A stretch of 61,557 bases of DNA, from contig CAYZXN010000328.1 in the NCBI GenBank assembly GCA_964482425.1, positions 1-61,557 of the forward strand, written 5' to 3'. This document shows positions 1 to 9,768 of this stretch, piece after piece. The position numbers and the translations under genes are program-made. Source of the stretch: an uncultured Syntrophobacteraceae bacterium (GTDB taxonomy: Bacteria > Desulfobacterota > Binatia > UBA9968). Within the stretch, counting starts at the first letter, position 1. Every line of letters starts with the position of its first letter. The notes under the pieces were generated by a model. It did no database searches and was not told the DNA's origin. It saw nothing but the letters and a program-made list of their open reading frames with translations.

Positions 1-1
1 G

Positions 2-358
2 ATTGATCAGAAAACCCCTGCAGACTTGGACTTGCATCTGATTATGGACAATTACGCCACTCATAAGCATCCTAAGGTCAAAGCGTGGTTCAAACGCCAT
101 AAAAGATTCCACCAGCATTTTGTGCCGACTTCGAGCTCTTGGCTCAACATGGTCGAGCGTTGGTTCCGCGATCTGACCGATAAGCGCATTCGGCGCGGGG
201 TTTTCAAATCGGTCGCTGATTTAATAGCCGCCCTCCAAGCTTATATTCAGCACCACAACCAAAATCCCAAACCCTTTGTTTGGACCGCCAAAGCCGAAGA
301 CCTCATCGCTAAGTATCGCCGTGCTCAGGCCGTCTTGGATAAACTACAAACAGCGTGA
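2..358 (+). mobile_element. IS630-family DDE transposase, C-terminal fragment (5' part lies outside the window)
   Basis: Open in frame from nt 2. The stretch LHLIMDNYATHKHPKVKAWFKRHKRFHQHFVPTSSSWLNMVERWF is the C-terminal catalytic core typical of IS630/Tc1-like transposases. Confidence 0.8.
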
Positions 359-646
359 GACACTACACTAGATGATCAGCACCCGGGGCGGGGTTTCTCG
401 AACCGCGGCCAAGAACGAGGGGCAACGTCAGCGGCGCAGTTTCGCAACTCCTTGATCATGTCACCGGCAAAGCCGAAGGCCCATCACGATTGTCATATCG
501 GTAGGTCCCACTCCGCAAACGCGCCAATGGTCGACTAAGTGACGGAATCATCCTGACATTGTGAAAATCTCTGTCTCCAATCCGTTTTCGGTAATTCAAG
601 TTGTCGTCCATAAAGCTCTTTGCTAAAGACAGGCCTGGTTATCGTC

Positions 647-1882
647 ATGCGCTTTTCTCCAACACCGTGGTTAGTCGCCGCTCTTGCGTTTGTCGTTCTC
701 GGCTTTTCTCGCGGGCTGCACTCCTCCTTCGGAGTTTTCAACGTCGCACTGCTCGACTCCTTCAACTGGAGCAGGGGGGCCACCGCCGGCATTTTTTCCG
801 TTGTTCTAACGGTCGATGCGATGCTGTCACCGGTAGTCGGATATCTTCTCGATCGCTATGGAACCAAGCGCGTTGTAATCGCCGGCTGTCTCACTCTGGC
901 GCTAGGCTTGCTGCTGAGCAGTCGGGTAAGCGAGCTATGGCAACTGTACATTTTCTTTGGCTTGGTTACTGCGTTCGGTTTTACTTTCACGGGTATGGTG
1001 CCGCACGTGTTTTTGGTCTCGGAGTGGTTTTCTTCCAACCGTGCGTCCGCCATTGGCGTAGTCTATGCGGGGTCGGGTGTGGGCATCATGATCCTAGCGC
1101 CGCTTAGCGCTTGGTTGATTGCGACCTACGGCTGGACTCGGGCCTTCGAGATTTATGCCGCGGTGATGTTAATCGCGCTGCTGCCGCTGGTCTGGGCCTT
1201 CTACCAGTATGGCCCTTTCGGAGAGAAGCTGCGCCACCATGGCCCCAGAAAACACGACGAAAACCAATGGACGGCCAAGCTCGCTCTGAAAAGCCTTCAG
1301 TTCTGGCTGCTATTTTTCGCCCGCGTCTGCGCTGCTTCGGGGACCACCGTCATTGTTACCCATCAAGTCGCTCATGTGGTTGAAGTGGGCTATAGCCAGC
1401 TAATGGCCGCCTCTATTTTTGGCCTGGCGGGGATTATGAGCAGCTTCGGCCGGGTGGTTTTCGGATTCATCGCCGACCGCCTATCGAGACAAGCGGCGTA
1501 TACGCTTAATATCGTGATGACGCTTATTGGCGTCGGAGCGCTCATGCTTCTACGCGGTCCCAGCCAAAACTGGTTGCTGTATATCTACGTCGTTTTCTTT
1601 GGCATTGGTTTCGGGTCCCGGGCGGTCATCTTTTCGGCCTTGACGGCCGATATCTTCTCCGGAAAAGGCTTTGGTTCAATTCTGGGATACTCCACCGTGG
1701 CTGTCGGCGTTGGTGGTGCCTTGGGTTCGTGGCTCGGCGGCGTACTTTATGATTGGACCGGCAGCTATAGTGTTTCGTTTGGATTGTCGGCATTGGTGCT
1801 GGCATGTTCAGACGTCTGCATCTGGTTGGCGGCGGTCCCATCGGTGGCCAGCTATGACAAGCGACTTTGGTCAAGAGGATAG
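647..1882 (+). CDS. MFS transporter
   Basis: Track ORF 620..1882. Many hydrophobic spans and the MFS loop motif LDRYGTKR after TM2. Start placed at ATG 647 (MRFSPTPW). Confidence 0.8.
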   Translation: MRFSPTPWLVAALAFVVLGFSRGLHSSFGVFNVALLDSFNWSRGATAGIFSVVLTVDAMLSPVVGYLLDRYGTKRVVIAGCLTLALGLLLSSRVSELWQLYIFFGLVTAFGFTFTGMVPHVFLVSEWFSSNRASAIGVVYAGSGVGIMILAPLSAWLIATYGWTRAFEIYAAVMLIALLPLVWAFYQYGPFGEKLRHHGPRKHDENQWTAKLALKSLQFWLLFFARVCAASGTTVIVTHQVAHVVEVGYSQLMAASIFGLAGIMSSFGRVVFGFIADRLSRQAAYTLNIVMTLIGVGALMLLRGPSQNWLLYIYVVFFGIGFGSRAVIFSALTADIFSGKGFGSILGYSTVAVGVGGALGSWLGGVLYDWTGSYSVSFGLSALVLACSDVCIWLAAVPSVASYDKRLWSRG

Positions 1883-1994
1883 GCCTGGCAGATGAGAAAC
1901 ACCTACCATGCCCACGCGAGTTATGGTCACTTGAGCAACTGAAGTCTCTCCAACCTTGAGGGCGTGTTGGGAAGTTGTTAGTCTGCAGTATTTT

Positions 1995-2357
1995 ATGGAT
2001 GCGCGGTTACGAGACGGCGTAAACTTGTTTAATGAAGGCCGTTTCTTTGAATCACACGAAGTTTGGGAGACTCTCTACAGGGATACCGAGGAACAACACA
2101 AGCCTTTTGTGGAGGGGTTGATTCAACTTTCGGCAGCATGCCGGATGATCGCGGACTTCGGCGAGACTAAAGGACCTGTAAAGCTGATCTACCAAGCCCT
2201 CATTCGTTTTGAGAGTTATCAACCTGTCTACATGGACCTTAAAGTCGCCGATCTAACTCGGACTATGGAAGCCTGGGCGAAGAAACTCGAGGCCGGCGGC
2301 GACCCAGACCCGACGGCGGTTCCCACCATCCCGCTGCGGCGATTTATCTTTTTTTAA
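1995..2357 (+). CDS. DUF309-like small protein
   Basis: GVNLFNEGRFFESHEVWE signature. Its stop TAA directly abuts the mfd ATG. Start at ATG 1995 within track ORF 1956..2357. Confidence 0.55.
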   Translation: MDARLRDGVNLFNEGRFFESHEVWETLYRDTEEQHKPFVEGLIQLSAACRMIADFGETKGPVKLIYQALIRFESYQPVYMDLKVADLTRTMEAWAKKLEAGGDPDPTAVPTIPLRRFIFF

Positions 2358-5300
2358 ATGGACGATGCGAAACTAAAACTCACCCTTAGCCGCTTCCTCG
2401 ATGGTAAGTGGACTGGCGCGAAGCGGCTTCAGGGCCTTCAGGGCGGCGCTTTGCCGTATCTACTGGCGCTGGTAGCGGAACAAGGACAACGGCCGATCCT
2501 TGTCGTAACCGCCACCGCGCAGGATGCCGAGAATCTGTACGACGATCTCACGCTTTTTCTCGGCGAGGATCAAACGCTGCCACCGCTGCGCAGAAGGCTG
2601 CATCTCCTGCCTTCCTGGGAAGTTCTCCCGTTTGAAAAACTATCGCCACATCCAGAAACGTTGGCCGCAAGACTCGAAGGGCTTTACAAATTGATCGAAG
2701 AGCCGGCGCCAATCCTCATCTCGACACCGGCCGCGTTGATGCAAAAGGTGATTCCCAGGGAGTCGTTGAAGCAATCCTACCTGTACTTGGTCGCTGGGCA
2801 GGAGTTGCAGCGCGAGGTGCTGACCGAACATCTGATCCAGTGGGGCTTTCAAAACGTTCCGCTAGTGGAGGAATACGGCGACTTTAGCGTGCGTGGCGGC
2901 ATCATCGATTTGTTCTCTCCGGGGTATACCTTACCGCTGCGACTCGAATTTGACGGCGACTGCTTGGAATCGATCCGCGAGTTTAGTCCGGCCAATCAAC
3001 GCTCCCGGATGGCTTTGGAAGATATGTTGATTCTGCCCATGAAGGAGTTTTCATTCAAGCGAGCGGCCACCCAAGAGGTTGTCCGCAAACTCGATCAGCG
3101 GGCGATGGAGTTGGATATCGACCGGCGCGAGAAAAATACATTGCTCGATGCGGTCAAAGAGAGCATTCCGTTTTCCGGCATGGAATTTTTGGTACCGTAT
3201 TTCTATCCAACCCTGGTGCCGGTGGTTTCTTACTTGCCGCCGCAGACGCTGGTTGCTTTGGCGGGAGCCGATCGGATCGAGGCAGAGGTCGAGCGCTTCG
3301 GGCGGCTGGCGTGGGACCGTAATACTAGAGCCAAAGAAGACGGCCGTTTGGTGGCGCCTGCCGACGCGCTCTACCTGAACGAGCATGAGTGGCGCGCTGC
3401 CATGGATCCTTTCGCTCAACTGCATTGCGAGGCGTTGACGATTATGGCTGCATCCGAGCGCGCACAGGAGTCGACCCTCACGATCGAGTCATTTCTCACT
3501 AACGATATCCACCACGAGACCTTAGCCAGACATGGCAAGGAGCCATCACTGGCGCCGCTGATTGAGCGTTTGCGGGTTTGGGCTGGACAAAGGGTCCTGT
3601 TGGTCGCGCCCACCCGAGGCGATGCCGGGCGCTTGCGGGAACTTCTAGGTCATTATGAAATCGACGTCCCGATCATCGATAAGCCGGCGGTCGCCGCATT
3701 CAATGTCGCTGAACCTGGGCGCGCCGTGGTGCTGGGCCACCTGACACAGGGATTTCGTCTGCCGGCCGCAGGACTTGTGGCGGTGACATTCGATGAAATC
3801 TTCGGGACGCGGAAGAGACGCCCGACGAGCGCCGCCAAAACGCATCCAAGTCACTTCCTTACCAGTTTGAGTGAATTGAAGCAGGACGACTTCGTCGTCC
3901 ATCTCGATCTGGGCATCGGCGTCTATCGCGGGCTGAAGTTTCTCAAAGTTGCCGGGGTCGAGGGCGAATTCTTGCATCTGGAGTACGATGGCGGTGACCG
4001 GCTCTATCTGCCAGTGGACCGTATCAACGTCGTGCAAAAATACATTGGCGGCGACGGTGTGAAACCCGCGCTGGACAAACTTGGCGGCACTTCCTGGGAG
4101 CGGGTCAAATCAAAAGCCAAGAAGTCGATACTCGCCATGGCGGAAGAACTCGTGCAACTCTATGCGTCGCGGGAAGCCCGTGAAGGCTATGGCTTTGCGG
4201 CGCCCGATGCGCTCTATCGGGAATTCGAAGCTGCTTTTGAATTTGAAGAGACACAGGATCAACAACGCGCCATCGATGAAGCGCTCATCGACATGCAGCG
4301 AAAGAAGCCGATGGATCGGCTGGTGTGCGGTGATGTCGGTTTCGGCAAAACCGAGGTTGCCATGCGAGCGGCGTTTTTGGCGGTGGAGGGTGGCAAGCAG
4401 GTGGCTGTGCTGGCGCCGACCACGATCTTGGCGCAACAGCATTTGCAGACCTTTCGTCACCGCTTTCGTAATCATCCGTTGCGCATCGAAATGGTCAGCC
4501 GTTTCCTAACCGGTAAAGAGGTCGATCGAGTTCTTAAAGATTCAGCCAAGGGCGGCGTGGATATAGTTATTGGTACGCACCGGCTGCTCCAAAAAGACGT
4601 CGAGTTCAAGGACCTGGGCCTGGTGATTATAGATGAAGAGCACCGCTTTGGGGTGGCTCACAAAGAGCGACTTAAGAAACTGCGTCAGATGGTGGATGTA
4701 ATGAGTCTGACGGCCACGCCTATCCCGCGCACGCTGCATATGTCGATCGTCGGAATCCGCGATCTAAGCATCATTGAAACTCCGCCGATGGATCGTCTCG
4801 CCGTTCAAACGTATGTTACAAGGTACGATGAACGAGTGATTCGCGACGCTATCCTGCGCGAGCTTGAGCGCGGCGGTCAGGTGTTTTTTCTACACAACCG
4901 CGTGGAGACCATCGACCGTGTGGCGCTGAAGCTAGCTGATCTGATCCCTGAGGCTAAAATGGCTGTGGCCCACGGACAGATGAGACCCAAAGAGCTGGAA
5001 CGGGTGATGCTTCAGTTTCTCGAGAAGAAGACACAGGTACTGATCTGCTCGGCAATCATCGAGTCAGGCCTGGATTTTCCCAACGCTAATACCATCATCA
5101 TCAACCGCGCCGATCGCTTCGGCTTGGCGCAGCTTTACCAACTCAGAGGACGAGTGGGCCGTTCGCACCGCCATGCATACGCGTATCTGTTGATCCCGGG
5201 CGAACAAGCAATCACACCGGATGCGGAGAAAAGACTGCGTGCGCTTCAAGAAATCGACGGCCTCGGCGGCGGATTCAAACTAGCACTGCACGACCTTGAG

Positions 5301-5918
5301 ATTCGCGGCGCCGGTAATCTTCTGGGACAGCAGCAATCCGGGAACATTACCGCGGTGGGTTTCGAACTCTATACGGAGATGATGGAGAATGCGGTGCGTG
5401 AGCTCAAAGGTGAAGAGGTGGCGCCGGAGGTCGAGCCGGAAATCCGCATGGGAATCGCTGCTTATTTTCCGGATGACTACATGCCCGAGGCCAATCAGCG
5501 ACTGTTTTTTTATAAGCGACTGGCCAGTCTCCGCGACCCTCTGGAGTTGGCGGCGATCAAAGAAGAAATCCGCGATCGTTTCGGTCCTTATGGCGCCGCA
5601 GTGGAAAACCTTTTTTTGGTCATGAACCTGCGGCGCGTGCTCAAAGAGTGTCTCGTCCAGCAGATGAGCGTGTCGGATGGCAAGGTCTTTCTGTTGTTCC
5701 ATCCTCAATCGCCCGTGAAAGTCGAAAAGCTTCTAGATCTGATCAAATTGCGTCAGAGCGGCTGCCGGCTCTCTCCGGATGGCCGGTTCTCTTTTTCCCC
5801 GCAACATCAAGACTGGGAATTGCTGATCGCGGAAGTGATACAGTTATTGTACGCTATCAGCGCCCGTGACAGCCAAGCGGCGGCACCTGAGGAAATACTG
5901 CACGGGAGCAGGCTATAA
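2358..5918 (+). CDS. mfd: transcription-repair coupling factor
   Basis: 1186 aa. UvrB-homology N-terminus, CarD-like RNAP-interaction region, and superfamily-2 helicase motifs [11 protein letters not shown] and DEEHRFG. Confidence 0.97.
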   Translation: MDDAKLKLTLSRFLDGKWTGAKRLQGLQGGALPYLLALVAEQGQRPILVVTATAQDAENLYDDLTLFLGEDQTLPPLRRRLHLLPSWEVLPFEKLSPHPETLAARLEGLYKLIEEPAPILISTPAALMQKVIPRESLKQSYLYLVAGQELQREVLTEHLIQWGFQNVPLVEEYGDFSVRGGIIDLFSPGYTLPLRLEFDGDCLESIREFSPANQRSRMALEDMLILPMKEFSFKRAATQEVVRKLDQRAMELDIDRREKNTLLDAVKESIPFSGMEFLVPYFYPTLVPVVSYLPPQTLVALAGADRIEAEVERFGRLAWDRNTRAKEDGRLVAPADALYLNEHEWRAAMDPFAQLHCEALTIMAASERAQESTLTIESFLTNDIHHETLARHGKEPSLAPLIERLRVWAGQRVLLVAPTRGDAGRLRELLGHYEIDVPIIDKPAVAAFNVAEPGRAVVLGHLTQGFRLPAAGLVAVTFDEIFGTRKRRPTSAAKTHPSHFLTSLSELKQDDFVVHLDLGIGVYRGLKFLKVAGVEGEFLHLEYDGGDRLYLPVDRINVVQKYIGGDGVKPALDKLGGTSWERVKSKAKKSILAMAEELVQLYASREAREGYGFAAPDALYREFEAAFEFEETQDQQRAIDEALIDMQRKKPMDRLVCGDVGFGKTEVAMRAAFLAVEGGKQVAVLAPTTILAQQHLQTFRHRFRNHPLRIEMVSRFLTGKEVDRVLKDSAKGGVDIVIGTHRLLQKDVEFKDLGLVIIDEEHRFGVAHKERLKKLRQMVDVMSLTATPIPRTLHMSIVGIRDLSIIETPPMDRLAVQTYVTRYDERVIRDAILRELERGGQVFFLHNRVETIDRVALKLADLIPEAKMAVAHGQMRPKELERVMLQFLEKKTQVLICSAIIESGLDFPNANTIIINRADRFGLAQLYQLRGRVGRSHRHAYAYLLIPGEQAITPDAEKRLRALQEIDGLGGGFKLALHDLEIRGAGNLLGQQQSGNITAVGFELYTEMMENAVRELKGEEVAPEVEPEIRMGIAAYFPDDYMPEANQRLFFYKRLASLRDPLELAAIKEEIRDRFGPYGAAVENLFLVMNLRRVLKECLVQQMSVSDGKVFLLFHPQSPVKVEKLLDLIKLRQSGCRLSPDGRFSFSPQHQDWELLIAEVIQLLYAISARDSQAAAPEEILHGSRL

Positions 5919-6005
5919 TCAGAAGAAGGTTTGGTTTCTTGCGGCGTCTGTGTTATCGGTAACCGAGTTGGTTTGCGAAAATCATCTGCCAAGGTAAGAT
6001 TTCTT

Positions 6006-7313
6006 ATGCTGAGGCATCTAATCAAGAGTTCCCTTCTTCTTTTGCTTCTCGTGATGTGGTTGGCGCCATCAGCGGCGTATGCCAGAGTCATCGAACAGAT
6101 CGTCATGGTCATCAATGGTGAGCCTTATACGCTCACTAACCTGAGCGCCTATGCAAAGAGCAAAATGGCGCGTGATTTTCCCACTGGGACGTTGGACAGG
6201 ATCAACGCCAGCGATCGTGAGGTATTGGAGCAATTCATCACCGAGCGGCTCCTTGATGCTGAAATTCGTGAGGCGGGAATAAGAGTCACGGCCGAAGATG
6301 TCGAACTTTATATCAGTCAAATCAAGCAGAAAAATCGTCTTACGGACGCGGAGTTGGAAACTGCCCTGGCTCGAGAAGGCCAGACTCTGCAGGCGTATAA
6401 AACCTCGGTGAAGGCCGAGCTTGAGAAGGGTGAGTTGATTAATCGGCAGGTGCGAAAAAAAGTCAACATCACCAACGACGATGTCGAGCGCTACTATAAA
6501 CTGAATTCGAAGAATTATCGCGCCGATGATCGCGCCCGCATTCGTCACATCCTTTTACCCCTGGCCGAGAAAGCGTCTCCCGAAGATGTGCAGGCGGTGA
6601 CTGAGAAGGCGAACGAACTCTATAAAAGGGTTATCGCGGGCGAGGATTTTGCGACGCTGGCGCGAAAATATTCGCATGGCGCCGGTCAGGAATCAGGCGG
6701 TGATATCGGTTGGGTTAAACGTGGAACGTTGCTCAAGCCCATCGAGGAAGTGGCGTTCGAGAAGCTTGCGGTAGGTCATGTCAGCCGTCCGGTGCGTAGC
6801 AGCATGGGCCTGCACCTGGTGAAGCTGGAGAATCGAGACAGCGGTGCGGTTTTACCGTTGTCGGTGGTGGGGCCCCAGATCAAGCAAGAGTTATACAGCA
6901 AAGCTTTGGAAGAACGTTACTCCAAATGGCTCAAGACAGATCTGCGGCGCAAGCACAGCGTGGATGTAAAAATCGCTGGCGTCGTCTTTAAGCCGGAGGA
7001 CTCCCCTGATGATACGATGGGAGCTCTGATGGCAAAGTCGACGCGGCTTGGCAGGCGGGAGGACCGCACTCTTCTAAGCTACCTAAATCCGTTCTCCTAT
7101 ATTCTCAAGGAAACGCCCAGCGAAGATGAGGATCAAACGGGGCCGTTAGCCGGAAAAAATATCGTCAGCGTGTTTGGCGTGCCGCTTTTTACGACGGAGG
7201 CAGTTGACGACGTTCCTGACGTTCTTTCTCCCGCTGCCGATGCGGACACTAAATCAGGCTCCGCAGAAGCCGGTGGCGGATTTTTCAATCGTTTGAATCC
7301 ATTCAAGCGTTAG
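6006..7313 (+). CDS. SurA-like periplasmic chaperone / parvulin-type peptidyl-prolyl isomerase with long acidic C-terminal tail
   Basis: Signal peptide MLRHLIKSSLLLLLLVMWLAPSAAYA, a SurA-like N-domain and one PpiC parvulin domain (IRHILL...GGDIGWV...GLHLVKL). Sits in the conserved position upstream of pdxA. Confidence 0.75.
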   Translation: MLRHLIKSSLLLLLLVMWLAPSAAYARVIEQIVMVINGEPYTLTNLSAYAKSKMARDFPTGTLDRINASDREVLEQFITERLLDAEIREAGIRVTAEDVELYISQIKQKNRLTDAELETALAREGQTLQAYKTSVKAELEKGELINRQVRKKVNITNDDVERYYKLNSKNYRADDRARIRHILLPLAEKASPEDVQAVTEKANELYKRVIAGEDFATLARKYSHGAGQESGGDIGWVKRGTLLKPIEEVAFEKLAVGHVSRPVRSSMGLHLVKLENRDSGAVLPLSVVGPQIKQELYSKALEERYSKWLKTDLRRKHSVDVKIAGVVFKPEDSPDDTMGALMAKSTRLGRREDRTLLSYLNPFSYILKETPSEDEDQTGPLAGKNIVSVFGVPLFTTEAVDDVPDVLSPAADADTKSGSAEAGGGFFNRLNPFKR

Positions 7314-7376
7314 TCTGTTTCCGAATTCCGATTCCGCCCCATAAGGGCAATCAAAAGTCCGCCCCGTATCCACTAT

Positions 7377-8408
7377 ATGTCGCGCAAACCGATCGTCGCT
7401 ATTACTATGGGCGATCCCGCCGGGATAGGTGCTGAGGTCATTATGGGGGCGCTGGGCCATCAGAAGGTCAAGCGCGCCTGTAAGCCGCTCATCCTGGGCG
7501 ATTGGGGGGTTCTGCAACGAACCCTTCGAAGCACCAAGAATTCGGTAAAGCTCGTTTGCTGGGAACCCGGTGTGCCTTTGTTGCCGCTGTTAGAGGGGCA
7601 TCGCGGTTTTGTGGTGTGTCCACTTTCTGCGCTTCGCCGAGCCGAGTGCCGCCCGGGGCGGCCGACCAAAGCCGGAGGACACGCAGCCTACCGTTACATT
7701 GCCGTGGCGGCGAGATTGGCGTTGTCGAAAGTGGCGGATGCCATCGCGACTGCGCCCATCAGCAAAAGCATTCTGATCCACGCCGGATATAACTATCCGG
7801 GTCATACGGAGCTTTTGGCTGAGCTCAGCCGCACGCCCGAGTGCAGGATGATGCTTATCGGAAAAAAGCTCAGAGTCGTTTTGGTCACCGGCCACGTGGG
7901 CTATACGGCAGTGGTGGGCGAGCTTACACGCGACAGAATTCGAACGACTCTCGAATTAACGCATCGAGCATTAAAAGGCTTCTTCGCAATTGCGCGACCG
8001 CGCATCGCCGTGGCGGCGTTGAACCCGCACGGTGGCGAGGAGGGCATTTTCGGGGATGAAGAAAGAAAGGTCATTGCGCCCTCGATTGAAGCAGCCAGAC
8101 GAAAAGGGGTCCCCGCATCGGGGCCTTTTCCGGCCGATAGCCTGTTTCATAAGGCAGCCCGCGGCGAGTACGACGCGATCGTTTGTATGTATCATGACCA
8201 GGGACTGATACCGCTTAAGCTGCATCATTTCTTCGGTGGAGTGGCGCTGACTCTGGGACCGTCCTTCATTCGAACCTCTGTCGACCACGGCACGGCGTAT
8301 GACATAGCCGGCACCGGCAAAGCCGACGCTACTAGCATGAAAGAGGCCATCTTATTAGCAGCGGAGCTGGCGAGGCTCAGAATGAATGTGAAAGCCGATA
8401 GCCGGTGA
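7377..8408 (+). CDS. pdxA: 4-hydroxythreonine-4-phosphate dehydrogenase
   Basis: 343 aa. Motifs ITMGDPAGIG, YPGHTELLAE and VDHGTAYDIAG are typical of PdxA. Confidence 0.9.
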   Translation: MSRKPIVAITMGDPAGIGAEVIMGALGHQKVKRACKPLILGDWGVLQRTLRSTKNSVKLVCWEPGVPLLPLLEGHRGFVVCPLSALRRAECRPGRPTKAGGHAAYRYIAVAARLALSKVADAIATAPISKSILIHAGYNYPGHTELLAELSRTPECRMMLIGKKLRVVLVTGHVGYTAVVGELTRDRIRTTLELTHRALKGFFAIARPRIAVAALNPHGGEEGIFGDEERKVIAPSIEAARRKGVPASGPFPADSLFHKAARGEYDAIVCMYHDQGLIPLKLHHFFGGVALTLGPSFIRTSVDHGTAYDIAGTGKADATSMKEAILLAAELARLRMNVKADSR

Positions 8409-9757
8409 ACCCATCGATTTTCCGAGAATACGACATCCGTGGCCTAGCTGAGAGGGACTTTGCCAAGGACTTTGCGCTTCTGCTCGGCAAAGTCCTCGGC
8501 ACTATGGTGCGCCGCAGAGGCGGCGCCCGCGTTTCAGTCGGTCGTGATTGCCGCTTAACTTCGGACGCATACGCAGAAGCGCTGATCGCCGGGCTCGCCT
8601 CGACCGGTCTACAAGTCTACGACCTCGGTATCTGTCCCACGCCTTTGCTATACTTCTCTTTGTTTCATCTGGATCTTGATGGCGGCGTGGAGGTCACGGC
8701 GAGCCACAACACGTCAGAGTACAATGGATTCAAGCTATGCCTGGGTAAAGACACATTGTACGGAGAGCAAATTCAGGAAATCAGAAGCAAAATGGAGAGT
8801 AACGATTTTGCCGAAGAGACCGGCGGCAAGGTAGAACGATATGAGATCGTGCCGCCGTACCAGCGCCACCTCTTGCAGGATGTTCGCAAGCTAAAGCGGC
8901 CCCTCAAGATCGTAGTGGATGCCGGTAACGGCGTCGGCGGTCCCGTCGCACCGGCGATCTTTCGTCGGTTGGGGTGCACGGTTTGGGAGATTGGTTGCAT
9001 ACCGGACGGTAATTTTCCACTGCATCATCCGGATCCGACGGTTACTGAAAATCTCCAGATTCTGATCGAAAAAGTACGCGCAGAAAACGCGGATGTGGGA
9101 TTTGCGTACGACGGCGATGCCGATCGCATCGGCGTGGTCGACGAAAAAGGAGGCATTATCTGGGGCGATGAACTTTTGGTGCTTTTTGCCCGCGATGTGC
9201 TTCAGCGTCATCCCAACGCGACAATCGTCTCCGAGGTCAAATGCTCCCAACGACTTTATGATGACATCGCGAAAAGGGGTGGCGTTCCGATTATGTGGAA
9301 AGCAGGGCATTCGCTGCTTAAGGCGAAGTTAAACGAGGCCCGGGCATTGTTGGCCGGCGAGCTGACCGGGCACATGTTCTTCAAAGAGCGATACTTTGGC
9401 TACGATGACGCAATCTACGCTTCAGTGCGCCTTCTGGAAATTCTTTCGAATTCCGATCGACCTCTGTCGGCTTTATTGGCGGACTTGCCCAAAACGGTGT
9501 CTACACCGGAAATCAGAATCGCATGTCCCGACGAAAGGAAATTTATCATCGCCGACCTTGCTAAGGACTATTTTCGCAAGCACTACGACATTATCGATAT
9601 CGACGGCGTGCGTGTGCAGTTTCCCGATGGCTGGGGACTGATCCGTGCATCCAACACTCAGCCTGCGCTGGTACTTCGCTTCGAAGCTCGAACGGCGGAT
9701 CAGTTGAATGCATATCGCGCGATTGTGGAAAACAAGCTCAAGGACTTTGACATCTAG
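8405..9757 (+). CDS. phosphomannomutase/phosphoglucomutase (alpha-D-phosphohexomutase family)
   Basis: Phosphoserine loop TASHNTSEYNGFK, Mg site DGDADR and sugar loop GELTGH. GTG start overlaps the pdxA stop by 4 nt. Confidence 0.9.
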   Translation: MNPSIFREYDIRGLAERDFAKDFALLLGKVLGTMVRRRGGARVSVGRDCRLTSDAYAEALIAGLASTGLQVYDLGICPTPLLYFSLFHLDLDGGVEVTASHNTSEYNGFKLCLGKDTLYGEQIQEIRSKMESNDFAEETGGKVERYEIVPPYQRHLLQDVRKLKRPLKIVVDAGNGVGGPVAPAIFRRLGCTVWEIGCIPDGNFPLHHPDPTVTENLQILIEKVRAENADVGFAYDGDADRIGVVDEKGGIIWGDELLVLFARDVLQRHPNATIVSEVKCSQRLYDDIAKRGGVPIMWKAGHSLLKAKLNEARALLAGELTGHMFFKERYFGYDDAIYASVRLLEILSNSDRPLSALLADLPKTVSTPEIRIACPDERKFIIADLAKDYFRKHYDIIDIDGVRVQFPDGWGLIRASNTQPALVLRFEARTADQLNAYRAIVENKLKDFDI

Positions 9758-9768
9758 AAGAGCAAAGG

